Positions 8,669 through 17,151 of a DNA stretch of 26,885 bases are shown here, piece by piece. A model generated the notes under the pieces. The model was not told the origin of the DNA. It did not search any database and was given only the letters and a program-made list of their open reading frames with translations. The DNA comes from a virus (Duplodnaviria; Caudoviricetes), in the IMG/VR virus record IMGVR_UViG_3300038675_000890, positions 1 to 26,885 of that record. One strand, given 5' to 3'. How positions within the stretch are numbered: the first letter of the stretch is position 1; each line of letters begins with the position of its first letter. The position numbers and the translations under genes are program-made.

Positions 8669-8863
8669 GCCTGAGATGCGCATTAAGGCGGCGGGATACA
8701 TACGAAGTTCCACGTACGGCAAACGCCGTGTTCGGAGCCTTGGATGTACCCACCGTGCCTTGCCATGCCCATTTTCAGGCAAAAGCGGCCGGTGTACATC
8801 GATGCACCGGCTTTTTATGTGTCCTCGCCGCAATCCCCGCACCAGGCGGAAAGGACACAACGC
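8669..8863 (+). ncRNA. Structured 5' leader / cis-regulatory RNA candidate (long hairpin + intrinsic terminator + SD-sequestering hairpin)
   Basis: GCCTGA..TCAGGC closes a ~112-nt multi-stem hairpin (8669-8780). GCCGGTGTA/TGCACCGGC followed by TTTTT (8788-8816). TGTGTCCT (8818-8825) pairs with AGGACACA (8852-8859), covering the SD of the gene at 8864. Confidence 0.6.
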
Positions 8864-9250
8864 ATGAAAATTCAATGGAACTTTGCAGACGGAACCAAAT
8901 CGGAGGTCGAGGTCGACGAGGAAATCGGCAACTTTATCACCGCATCGCGGAGAGCGGAAAACAGCGCGGAGCGCGGTCATCGCCGCCACTGTTACTCGCT
9001 GGACGCCATCCTCTATGAGGGCAAGGAGTATGGGACAAGCTCCACGCCCGAAGATGACGCGGAGACAGAGGAACAGCGTGAACACATCAACGAAGCTTTC
9101 TCGCATCTTACCGAAAAGCAGCGGCAGCGGCTAAAAATGTTGGCTGACGGTTTATCATGCCATGAAATCGCCCGTCGAGAGGGCGCTAATTTCAGAACCG
9201 TTCATGACTCCGTCGAGGCCGGAAAAAAGAAATTCAAGAAGTTTTTCTAA
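8864..9250 (+). CDS. Sigma-70 region 4-like HTH regulator (128 aa)
   Basis: ATG 8864 after SD AAAGGA. The C-terminal 'AFSHLTEKQRQRLKMLADGLSCHEIARREGANFRTVHDSVEAGKKKFKK' matches the sigma region 4 pattern. Confidence 0.8.
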   Translation: MKIQWNFADGTKSEVEVDEEIGNFITASRRAENSAERGHRRHCYSLDAILYEGKEYGTSSTPEDDAETEEQREHINEAFSHLTEKQRQRLKMLADGLSCHEIARREGANFRTVHDSVEAGKKKFKKFF

Positions 9251-9329
9251 ACACCCCATCAAAACACCCGCTTTTTGTCCGTATTCCGAGGAACACAACA
9301 AACCGTTCCTCGGAAAGGACGGAAAAAGC

Positions 9330-9536
9330 ATGAAGCACAATCTCAGCATCAGTGTCTCCAGAAAGCCGAAAGACGGCGGCATCGTCAGCTGTCAGCGGCT
9401 CGCCATCCGGGAACGGCTGCTCCGCCGCCTGCTTGGCGAAAAGCGCAGCGTGACAGTCATCGTTCCCGGCGACACCGTCGAGTGCGTATCCATCACGGAA
9501 CTGCCGGATGGAGGTGACGTCGCCGTTGAAAAATGA
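9330..9536 (+). CDS. Small phage hypothetical protein (68 aa)
   Basis: ATG 9330 after AAAGGA. MKHNLSISVSRKPKDGGIVSC...VTVIVPGDTVECVSITE overlaps the helicase start. Confidence 0.7.
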   Translation: MKHNLSISVSRKPKDGGIVSCQRLAIRERLLRRLLGEKRSVTVIVPGDTVECVSITELPDGGDVAVEK

Positions 9537-10980
9537 CAACGCGCCGCTGCTTCCGATGCCAATCAAGGCAACACCCTACGCCCATCAGGTCGCCGCGTTC
9601 AATTTCGTGTGCAATAAATTCGGCCTGCTGCCGGATGCCGCATATTCATCCTGCGGCTGCGGTGCCGCGCTGCTCATGGAAATGGGCACCGGAAAAACTC
9701 TCACGACGATTGCGGTTGAAGGCGCTTTGTTCAAAACGGGACGGATTCGTCGTGTACTGGTCGTTTCTCCGCTTTCAGTTACCGGTGTCTGGCAAGAAGA
9801 ACACGACGCTTATGCCGACTTCGACTATAACCTCGCCGTTCTCAAGGGCAGCGGTACAAAGAAGCTCGATATCCTCCGGCACATGGCGGGTCAAGCATTG
9901 CAGGTGGTCGTTATCAATTATGAATCCGCGTGGCGGCTGGAGAATGAACTGGCGGCATGGAAGCCCGACCTTATCGCCGCCGACGAGGGACACAAAATCA
10001 AGACGCACAATATCTCCGCCTCCAAGGCGATGCACAGACTGGGTGCGGCGGCGAAATACCGGCTGCTCCTGACGGGTACGCCTGTGACGAACAAGGCCAT
10101 CGACGTTTTCTCGCAGTACAAGTTCCTTGACCCGCGCATCTTCGGACAGAGCTTTTACGCATTTCGCAACACCTTCTTTTTTATGACTGGCTACGGCAAC
10201 CACACGCCCGTTTTGAAAAAGAGCATGGAGGACGAGCTTACCTGCCGCATGCACTCCATCGCGTTCCGCGCAACAAAGGCCGAGTGTTTGGACTTACCAT
10301 CCACAACCGATATCGTCCGAAAAGTCGAGCTGGAGCCGAGGGCAATGAAGCTGTATCAGAGTCTGGTCAGGGAGAGCTACGCCGAACTGACTGGCGGCGA
10401 GGTCACGATCACCAATGTTCTGACGAAGCTGCTGCGCCTGTCCCAGCTCACGGGCGGATTCATCGGCAGCGACGAAAGAAGCGCAGCTGAGCAGGTCAGC
10501 ACGGCAAAGCTGGAGGTTCTGGAGGATATCATCGATTCAGCCGTGGAGGAAGGCAAGAAGCTGGTTGTCATCGCCCGCTTCGTTGCGGAGCTTGACGCCA
10601 TCTGTCAGATGCTTGAAAAGAAGCGCGTCAACTACTCCCTCATCAAGGGCGACGTCAAAGACCGCCACGAGCAGGTGGCGAAGTTTCAAAACGACCCGGA
10701 CGTGCCAATTTTCGTCGGACAGATCGCCACGGCGGGCTTGGGTATCACGCTCACGGCTGCAAGCACAATGCTTTTCTACTCGCTCGACTATTCGATGTCC
10801 AATTTTGAACAGTGTAAAGCCCGCATCCACCGCGCCGGTCAGCGTATGCCCTGCACCTACATCTATTTGACCGCCGCCGACACCGTTGACGAAAAAGTGC
10901 TGAAGGCACTGAAGAGCAAGGCCGACCTTGCCAAGACGCTGGTGGACGATTACCGCTACGGCAACAACCCGTTCATGTAA
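9526..10980 (+). CDS. SNF2-family DEAD/DEAH-box helicase
   Basis: 'MEMGTGKT', 'AADEGH', 'LLTGTP', 'GLGITLT', 'EQCKARIHRAGQ'. Start set at TTG 9526, 8 nt after GGAGGTGA. Confidence 0.92.
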   Translation: MKNDNAPLLPMPIKATPYAHQVAAFNFVCNKFGLLPDAAYSSCGCGAALLMEMGTGKTLTTIAVEGALFKTGRIRRVLVVSPLSVTGVWQEEHDAYADFDYNLAVLKGSGTKKLDILRHMAGQALQVVVINYESAWRLENELAAWKPDLIAADEGHKIKTHNISASKAMHRLGAAAKYRLLLTGTPVTNKAIDVFSQYKFLDPRIFGQSFYAFRNTFFFMTGYGNHTPVLKKSMEDELTCRMHSIAFRATKAECLDLPSTTDIVRKVELEPRAMKLYQSLVRESYAELTGGEVTITNVLTKLLRLSQLTGGFIGSDERSAAEQVSTAKLEVLEDIIDSAVEEGKKLVVIARFVAELDAICQMLEKKRVNYSLIKGDVKDRHEQVAKFQNDPDVPIFVGQIATAGLGITLTAASTMLFYSLDYSMSNFEQCKARIHRAGQRMPCTYIYLTAADTVDEKVLKALKSKADLAKTLVDDYRYGNNPFM

Positions 10981-10994
10981 AGGAGATTTTCACG

Positions 10995-11417
10995 ATGGAC
11001 AATTCCGAAAGGATGTTTGAACTCGCAGATCGGCTCAAAGCCCTTATGGATAAGAAAAAAAAGGCCGAGCAGCACCTCAAGGACGTAAACGCGGAGCTTG
11101 ACGAGACCGACGCCGCGCTGACGCAGCTCATGACAGATACGGAGACGCAAAACTTTACCCGCTGCGGCACCATGTTCTGCCTCACCAATACCCTCCGCGC
11201 CTCGGTGGCCGTAGAACGCAAGGAAGAACTGTTTGATGCTCTCCGCGCCGAGGGGCATGGCGGCCTTATTTACGAAACCGTCAACGCCAATTCGCTCTCC
11301 GCTTTCGTAAAGGAACAGATCGCCGAGAACGGTGATGTATTGCCCGACTGGCTTGAAGGGCTGGTCAACGTATTTGAAAAAACAACCGTGGGAGTCCGCA
11401 AGGCTGCCCGTAAATGA
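10995..11417 (+). CDS. Phage replication-module hypothetical protein (N-terminal coiled coil)
   Basis: SD AAGGAG, 140 aa, co-oriented between the helicase and the SSB-like gene. Confidence 0.75.
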   Translation: MDNSERMFELADRLKALMDKKKKAEQHLKDVNAELDETDAALTQLMTDTETQNFTRCGTMFCLTNTLRASVAVERKEELFDALRAEGHGGLIYETVNANSLSAFVKEQIAENGDVLPDWLEGLVNVFEKTTVGVRKAARK

Positions 11418-11437
11418 TGAAAGGACGGCATAACGCT

Positions 11438-12193
11438 ATGAAAAACAATGAGAACACGGCTATTACAACTACGAACAGCGCATTTCTGGCGCTGAAGGAC
11501 TTCAATCTGAGCGATGCGCTTTCCGAGGAGCTTTCCGGCCTGTCCGGAAGCTTCGAACGCATCAAAATTCCCGCCGGAGGCATGACGGTATTCGAAATCC
11601 CCGGCGAAAATCCCGACTCCCCCGAAACCGTCAAGGAGTTTTCGGCGGTCATTTTGCACCACCACCCGCTCAACGCCTATTACAAGGACAAGTATACGGG
11701 CGGCTCCAACCCGCCTGATTGCGGCAGCTTCGACGGCGTGATCGGCACCGGCAACCCTGGCGGCGAATGCACCAAGTGCCCGTATAACAAATTCGGCTCT
11801 GGCGAGAATGGCGCGAAAGCCTGCAAGAACCGCCGCCGCATCTATCTTCTGCGCGAGGGCGAGATATTCCCGCTGATCCTCTCGCTGCCGACCGGCTCGC
11901 TCAAGGATTACAGCCGCTACATCATGCGCCTGCTCACAAAAGGCAAAAAGTCCAACGCCGTTGTCACCAAATTTACGCTGAAGAAGGCTACGAACAACAG
12001 CGGCATCGCATACTCACAGGCGCAGTTCTCGGTCGACCGCGCTCTGACCGAGGAGGAGTATGCACTCATCTCCGGGCTGACCGAGCAGGTCAAGGCGTTT
12101 TCCGTCCGCGTCGGCTATGACAACGACGTTTCGGCGGATACCGCGCCGAATGCAGATCCCGAAACCGGCGAGATTATCGAGCCCCTCGCATAA
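11438..12193 (+). CDS. Phage protein, possible ssDNA-binding/annealing factor with a Cys cluster and acidic tail
   Basis: 'PPDCGSFDG..GECTKCPYNKFGS..AKACKN' and acidic C-terminus 'ADPETGEIIEPLA', immediately upstream of PolA. Function inferred from position and tail only. Confidence 0.55.
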   Translation: MKNNENTAITTTNSAFLALKDFNLSDALSEELSGLSGSFERIKIPAGGMTVFEIPGENPDSPETVKEFSAVILHHHPLNAYYKDKYTGGSNPPDCGSFDGVIGTGNPGGECTKCPYNKFGSGENGAKACKNRRRIYLLREGEIFPLILSLPTGSLKDYSRYIMRLLTKGKKSNAVVTKFTLKKATNNSGIAYSQAQFSVDRALTEEEYALISGLTEQVKAFSVRVGYDNDVSADTAPNADPETGEIIEPLA

Positions 12194-12256
12194 CACAACA
12201 GCCGCAGGCCGGGCGGACGCGTTCCGCTCGGCCTAACGCGGCGGATAGGAGCATGT

Positions 12257-14179
12257 ATGGACTACAAGACCATTTATACAAAAAACGGGATACGGGATTA
12301 CATCGCCGGAACAAAGGTCGTCGCGTTTGACTTTGAAACCGCGCCCGACGACGAATGGCGCGACGAACCCAAGGCGGCGCTGGATGCGCACAAGGCGCAT
12401 ATCGTCGGCGTCAGCCTTTCCGTTTCGGAGTGCAGCGCCGTGTATATCCCACTGGCGCATAAGGTCAGAGATAACGTAAGCGACCGCGCGGGTGTTCTGG
12501 AATACCTGCGCGAGGCTGTTTTTGAAAACCGCGACGTCATCAAGGCGGCGCACAACCTTTCCTTCGAGGCAATGTTCCTGTACGCGATGGGAATCGTGGT
12601 GTGCGAGCCCTGTTACGATACCATCGCGGCGGCGCAGCTCACGCTCAAGAGCAAATTTGAATTTCGAAATCTGTCAGACAGCGGTCTGAAGCTGCTGGTG
12701 ACGTCGCTTTTCGGCGCGGATATGCCGGACTTCAATACCGTTACGGCAGGACGGCATTTTGACGAGTTGAACCCGCAGGATGCGGAAACCGTCCGATATG
12801 CCTGCGCCGACAGTGATTACACCTTGCGCCTTTATCACAAGTTCAACAGTTGGTTTGCCAAAAACCTGCCCAGCCACAGAACCATTGTAGAGCATGTCGA
12901 GTCGCCCACGGCGGTCTACTGCGGCATGATGAAGTATAACGGCGTTCCCGTGGATATGGCGGCAATGAAGGAAAAGCAAAAGGAAGCCGAAATGAAGCTG
13001 GCTGCCCTTCGCGCGGAGCTTGACGAGCTGACCGGCGGCGTGGATATCGGGGCAAACGCCTCGACATCGTCCTTTAAGCAATATCTATACAAAGACCTCG
13101 GCCTGCCGGTGCTGAAAACCACGGAAAAGCATCAGGAGGCGGCGGACGACGCGACGATGATACTGCTTGCCGAGTATTGCAGAGAAAAGCGCCCGGAGCT
13201 TATCCGTCTATTTGAGCTGGTGCAGGAATACCGCAAGTGGGGTAAGCTCAAAAGCACATATATCGACGGATATTTACAACACATCAACAGGACCACAGGA
13301 CGCATCCATCCCGACCTTATGCCGCTAGGTACGGAGACAGGGCGCTTTGCGGCGAGGAACCCGAACATGCAAAACTGCCCGCGCAAGGATAATGATCCTG
13401 TGGGAGTTCGTAAGTTTATCGCCGCGCCTAAAGGCAGCTTGCTCATATCGCTGGACTTTTCTCAAATTGAGCTTCGCGTCGGTGCGTTCTATTGCGGTGA
13501 TCAGCGCATGAAGAATACTTACCTTGCCGGTGGGGATATCCACGCCCAGACCACGGCCGTCATATACGACATACCGTTCAGCGAAGCGGCAGACAAAGAA
13601 ACGCCGCACTACAAGGAACGCAGGACAATAGCCAAAAATTGTAATTTCGGCGTATTTTTTGGTCTGTTCGCAGCGGGGCTACAAAAAACCCTGCGCTTCA
13701 AGGCCGGGCTGAACATGTCAAAGCAGGACTGCGAAAAAATCATCAGCAACCTGAAGGCGGGATACCCCGGCTTGACGCGCTGGCAGGACGAAACGAAAAA
13801 GCGCGCCGCCGTAACACTGTACGCAGAGACGTGGCTCGGACGGCGCAGATACATCATCGGCATATTATCCGAGGACTGGGGCCAGCGCTCCTTTGCCGAG
13901 CGCTGTGCCATGAATACTCCGATTCAGGGCACTGCCGCCGATATCCTTAAGCTGGCGATGGGACGCATCGTCGCGGGCATGAAGGAGCGACCGTGGCTGA
14001 AACCCTTATTACAAATTCACGATGAGCTGGTGTTCGAGACCCCTGCGGACAAGCTCGACGAAGCTGTCGCATTCGTTAAGGCCTGCATGGAAGTGCGGCC
14101 CTTTCCGGAGTTTGACGTGCCGATCATCGCAGAGGCCGCATACGGCTTAAACTTCGGCGAGCTGAAAGAAATGGGGTGA
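12257..14179 (+). CDS. Phage family A DNA polymerase (3'-5' exonuclease + polymerase, no 5' nuclease)
   Basis: ExoI 'AFDFET', ExoIII 'YACAD', 'TETGRFAARNPNMQN', motif A 'LDFSQIELR', motif B 'RTIAKNCNFGVFFG', 'NTPIQGTAAD', motif C 'QIHDELVFE'. Confidence 0.95.
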   Translation: MDYKTIYTKNGIRDYIAGTKVVAFDFETAPDDEWRDEPKAALDAHKAHIVGVSLSVSECSAVYIPLAHKVRDNVSDRAGVLEYLREAVFENRDVIKAAHNLSFEAMFLYAMGIVVCEPCYDTIAAAQLTLKSKFEFRNLSDSGLKLLVTSLFGADMPDFNTVTAGRHFDELNPQDAETVRYACADSDYTLRLYHKFNSWFAKNLPSHRTIVEHVESPTAVYCGMMKYNGVPVDMAAMKEKQKEAEMKLAALRAELDELTGGVDIGANASTSSFKQYLYKDLGLPVLKTTEKHQEAADDATMILLAEYCREKRPELIRLFELVQEYRKWGKLKSTYIDGYLQHINRTTGRIHPDLMPLGTETGRFAARNPNMQNCPRKDNDPVGVRKFIAAPKGSLLISLDFSQIELRVGAFYCGDQRMKNTYLAGGDIHAQTTAVIYDIPFSEAADKETPHYKERRTIAKNCNFGVFFGLFAAGLQKTLRFKAGLNMSKQDCEKIISNLKAGYPGLTRWQDETKKRAAVTLYAETWLGRRRYIIGILSEDWGQRSFAERCAMNTPIQGTAADILKLAMGRIVAGMKERPWLKPLLQIHDELVFETPADKLDEAVAFVKACMEVRPFPEFDVPIIAEAAYGLNFGELKEMG

Positions 14180-14183
14180 GCGA

Positions 14184-14609
14184 ATGGGAGTCAATCTTTA
14201 CAATTCCGAGGGCTATCTTGACCCCACAGCGCACGACGCGATGGTGAATGTCCTCAAAGAACAGCGCAAACGCCCGTATATGCCGAAGGTGTTCATCTCT
14301 TCTCCCTTCGCCGGAGACACCAAGCGGAACGTTGAAAACGCTCGTCGCTATTGCGCCTTTGCTGTACGGTCAGGGTATATCCCCTTTGCGCCACATTTAT
14401 TCTATCCGCAGTTTCTCTCGGACGGCGACACAGAAGAACGCGAGCTTGGAATATTCATGGGCATGGTGTTCATGGACGGCTGCAAAGAGGTGTGGGTGTT
14501 TGGCGAGCACATCTCGCCCGGCATGGAGCGCGAAATCGATCGCGCCGGTAAGCACGGCATTCCGGTCAGATATTTTAACGACCAATGCGAGGAGGTGTTC
14601 CCGAAATGA
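14184..14609 (+). CDS. DUF4406-like / nucleoside deoxyribosyltransferase-fold phage protein
   Basis: 'KVFISSPFAGD...PFAPHL...CKEVWVFGEHISPGMEREI..A...GIPV' is the pattern of this flavodoxin-like phage family. Confidence 0.65.
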   Translation: MGVNLYNSEGYLDPTAHDAMVNVLKEQRKRPYMPKVFISSPFAGDTKRNVENARRYCAFAVRSGYIPFAPHLFYPQFLSDGDTEERELGIFMGMVFMDGCKEVWVFGEHISPGMEREIDRAGKHGIPVRYFNDQCEEVFPK

Positions 14610-17140
14610 GCTATCCGCAGGAACTAATGGAACGGAAGCAATGGGTCAACTGGCGGCTCATTCCCGATAAGGACGGCAATGACAAAAAAATGCCGTTTAA
14701 TCCTATAACGGGCAAGGGCGCAACCTCCAACAATCCGGCGACATGGACGGATTATGCTACCGCCGCCGATGCACTGGAGAGATACGGCTTTACGGGGCTG
14801 GGCTTCATGTTCACGAAGGACGATAACCTTGTAGGCGTGGATGTTGACCATTGCTACGACCCGACAACAAAGACTTTCAACGATACCGCGAAAGCCATCA
14901 TCGCGAGGCAGCCGACCTACATGGAGTTTTCGCCCTCTGGCACAGGCATACATCTTTTCTTCAAAGGCAAGATGCCTGGCACCGGCAACAAAAATAACAA
15001 GACCGGTGTGGAAATGTATGAGCATACCCGCTACTTCACCATGACAGGTAAAAAGCTGGATGGTGTGACCAACACCATCGCCGAGGATGACGGTACGCTC
15101 AAATGGATTCACGAGACATATATTCGCGCTTCCAAGAAGCAAAAGAAAAAACAGAAAAAGAGTACCTCGCTCCAACTTTCCGACGATGACCTCCTGGAAC
15201 TTGCTCAAAACGCCGAAAATGGCGAATCATTCTCGAAGCTGTGGGCTGGCGAATGGCAAGATAATTACGCCAGTCAGTCCGAAGCGGATATGGCGCTCTG
15301 CTGCAAGCTGGCGTTCTGGTCAGGCAAGGACAAAGAGCAGATGGACCGGCTGTTCCGGCAGAGCGGACTGTTCCGTGAAAAGTGGGATACGCGGCATCAC
15401 GCCAGCGGCGCGACTTACGGCGAGGAAACGCTGGGCAAGGCCTGCGAGCTGACGGAGGACGTCTACACGCCCGGCGGCAATGCGCCGGTCTATGAGTATA
15501 AAGGACAATACTTCCGCACCAAGGGCGAAAGCACCTATCCCATCACGAACTTTGTATTCGTGCCAGTAGAAATGATTATCGCCGAGGACGAAACACAGCT
15601 CACGGCGAATCTGGTGACCGTGCGTGGCGAAACATATCCACTGACTTTTATGACCACCGACTATGCCAATCAGCAAAAATTCAAGAACACGCTCAATCGG
15701 CGCACCATCGCGCTCAGCTATACTGGCTCGGACGGCGATCTGGAGCTGCTCAAGGCCTATGTTTCCGAGCTTGATTGGCCGACAAAAACTGGCGTCAAAG
15801 CGATGGGCATTTTCAGGCACGACGGCGGCTTAGTTTTTGTGACGACAGACGGCGCTGTGAACGCGTCCGGCGCGGATGTGCCCGACATGATACAGCTCGA
15901 AAAATACCGCAGCATCGACAGCACCATCTTGACGGCAAAGCCCTTGACGGCAGAACAGCTACAAAAGATCGGCGAGCGGCTCATAACCTACAATGAACCG
16001 GCGAAGACCGTCCCTATCCTCGCATGGATAGCGGGGTGCTTCATCAAAGCGCACCTGCGGGAAAAAAGCGTCAAGTTTCCGCATCTCATGCTCATCGGCG
16101 AAGCGGGCAGCGGCAAGAGCAACACGCTGGAGCGGGTCATCATGCCGGTGTTCTCACGCGCAAAGATCATCGCCGCCGGGCAGACAACGGCATTCACGCT
16201 GATGAAGGACGCGGCGTCCTCAAACACCATCCCGATGGCGCTGGACGAATTCAAGCCGTCAAAGATAGACAGATATCGCCTTGACGCCCTGCTGAACCAT
16301 TTCCGCAACAGCTATGACGGGCAGGAAGGAATCCGCGGCCGCGCTGACCAGAGCATCGTGAGATACGAGCTTCTCGCTCCGCTTGTCGTGGCCGGTGAAG
16401 AAGCGGCGGACGAGGCGGCAATTAGGGAGCGCAGCATAGAACTGCTGTTTTCCAAAAAAGACTTGAAGACGGTGGAATACCGCATGGCATTCGGATGGCT
16501 TTGCGCCAACGCCGAGCTGCTCGGCGGCCTCGGACGCAGCTTGCTGAACATGGCGTTGGGCACAAAAACCGCCGATGCATATGGCTGGTATGAGGACAGC
16601 CTCGGCACGTTTGCAAAAGAACTGCCCTCGCGGGTCGTAAACAACCTTGCCTGTTTGATGGCGGGCCTGCGGCTGCTCGAAAAGCTTTGCCGAGATCTTG
16701 GCCTTACATGGCGCGAGGTGTTTCCGTACAGTCTGGACGCCTGTTCTAAGTACATCGAATACGCGGCAAAAGAGTATTTACTGGATGGCGGCACTAACAA
16801 CAAGAGCGTCGTGGAGCAGACGCTTGAGATCATGTCGCGCATGGGACTTGATCCCAAGAGCGAATACGACATCATTGACAACGGCAAGGTTCTGGCGCTC
16901 TGGCTCAATCACGTCTACGACCGCTATACAAAGTACCGAAAGGATTACGCCATTGTCGGTGAAACGCTGACTTACGCGCAGTTTAAAAAGCAGCTTCAGC
17001 ATTCGGACTATTTCCTGGAGAGTAACATATCAAGGCGGCTGGGGTCGGCTGTGAGAAAGGTGTGGACGCTCAATTATGAGCTGCTGTCGGCACGCTGCGA
17101 TGTCTCCGGCTTTGAGATCACGGAGGTGGAACCCCTGTGA
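14606..17140 (+). CDS. NrS-1-like primase-polymerase fused to a P-loop helicase/ATPase (844 aa)
   Basis: ATG 14606 after GGAGGTG with an ATGA overlap. Prim-pol motifs 'VGVDVDHC' and 'EFSPSGTGIH', helical 'SQSEADMALCCKLAFW...FRQSGLFREKWD', Walker A 'GEAGSGKS', Walker B 'MALDEFK'. Confidence 0.88.
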   Translation: MSYPQELMERKQWVNWRLIPDKDGNDKKMPFNPITGKGATSNNPATWTDYATAADALERYGFTGLGFMFTKDDNLVGVDVDHCYDPTTKTFNDTAKAIIARQPTYMEFSPSGTGIHLFFKGKMPGTGNKNNKTGVEMYEHTRYFTMTGKKLDGVTNTIAEDDGTLKWIHETYIRASKKQKKKQKKSTSLQLSDDDLLELAQNAENGESFSKLWAGEWQDNYASQSEADMALCCKLAFWSGKDKEQMDRLFRQSGLFREKWDTRHHASGATYGEETLGKACELTEDVYTPGGNAPVYEYKGQYFRTKGESTYPITNFVFVPVEMIIAEDETQLTANLVTVRGETYPLTFMTTDYANQQKFKNTLNRRTIALSYTGSDGDLELLKAYVSELDWPTKTGVKAMGIFRHDGGLVFVTTDGAVNASGADVPDMIQLEKYRSIDSTILTAKPLTAEQLQKIGERLITYNEPAKTVPILAWIAGCFIKAHLREKSVKFPHLMLIGEAGSGKSNTLERVIMPVFSRAKIIAAGQTTAFTLMKDAASSNTIPMALDEFKPSKIDRYRLDALLNHFRNSYDGQEGIRGRADQSIVRYELLAPLVVAGEEAADEAAIRERSIELLFSKKDLKTVEYRMAFGWLCANAELLGGLGRSLLNMALGTKTADAYGWYEDSLGTFAKELPSRVVNNLACLMAGLRLLEKLCRDLGLTWREVFPYSLDACSKYIEYAAKEYLLDGGTNNKSVVEQTLEIMSRMGLDPKSEYDIIDNGKVLALWLNHVYDRYTKYRKDYAIVGETLTYAQFKKQLQHSDYFLESNISRRLGSAVRKVWTLNYELLSARCDVSGFEITEVEPL

Positions 17141-17151
17141 AGACCGATTTT

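Noticed and set aside
8700-8745. GGCAAAC in the leader suggesting a c-di-GMP-I riboswitch
   Set aside because: Here it is simply the apical stem-loop. The GCAAAG partner and the two-hairpin GEMM layout are missing.
8501-9134. ORFs 8501-9106(-), 8676-8867, 8728-9018, 8883-9134 and the 8744 extension
   Set aside because: They overlap the structured leader or the sigma-like gene, have atypical composition and lack SDs. A leader peptide cannot be fully excluded but is unsupported.
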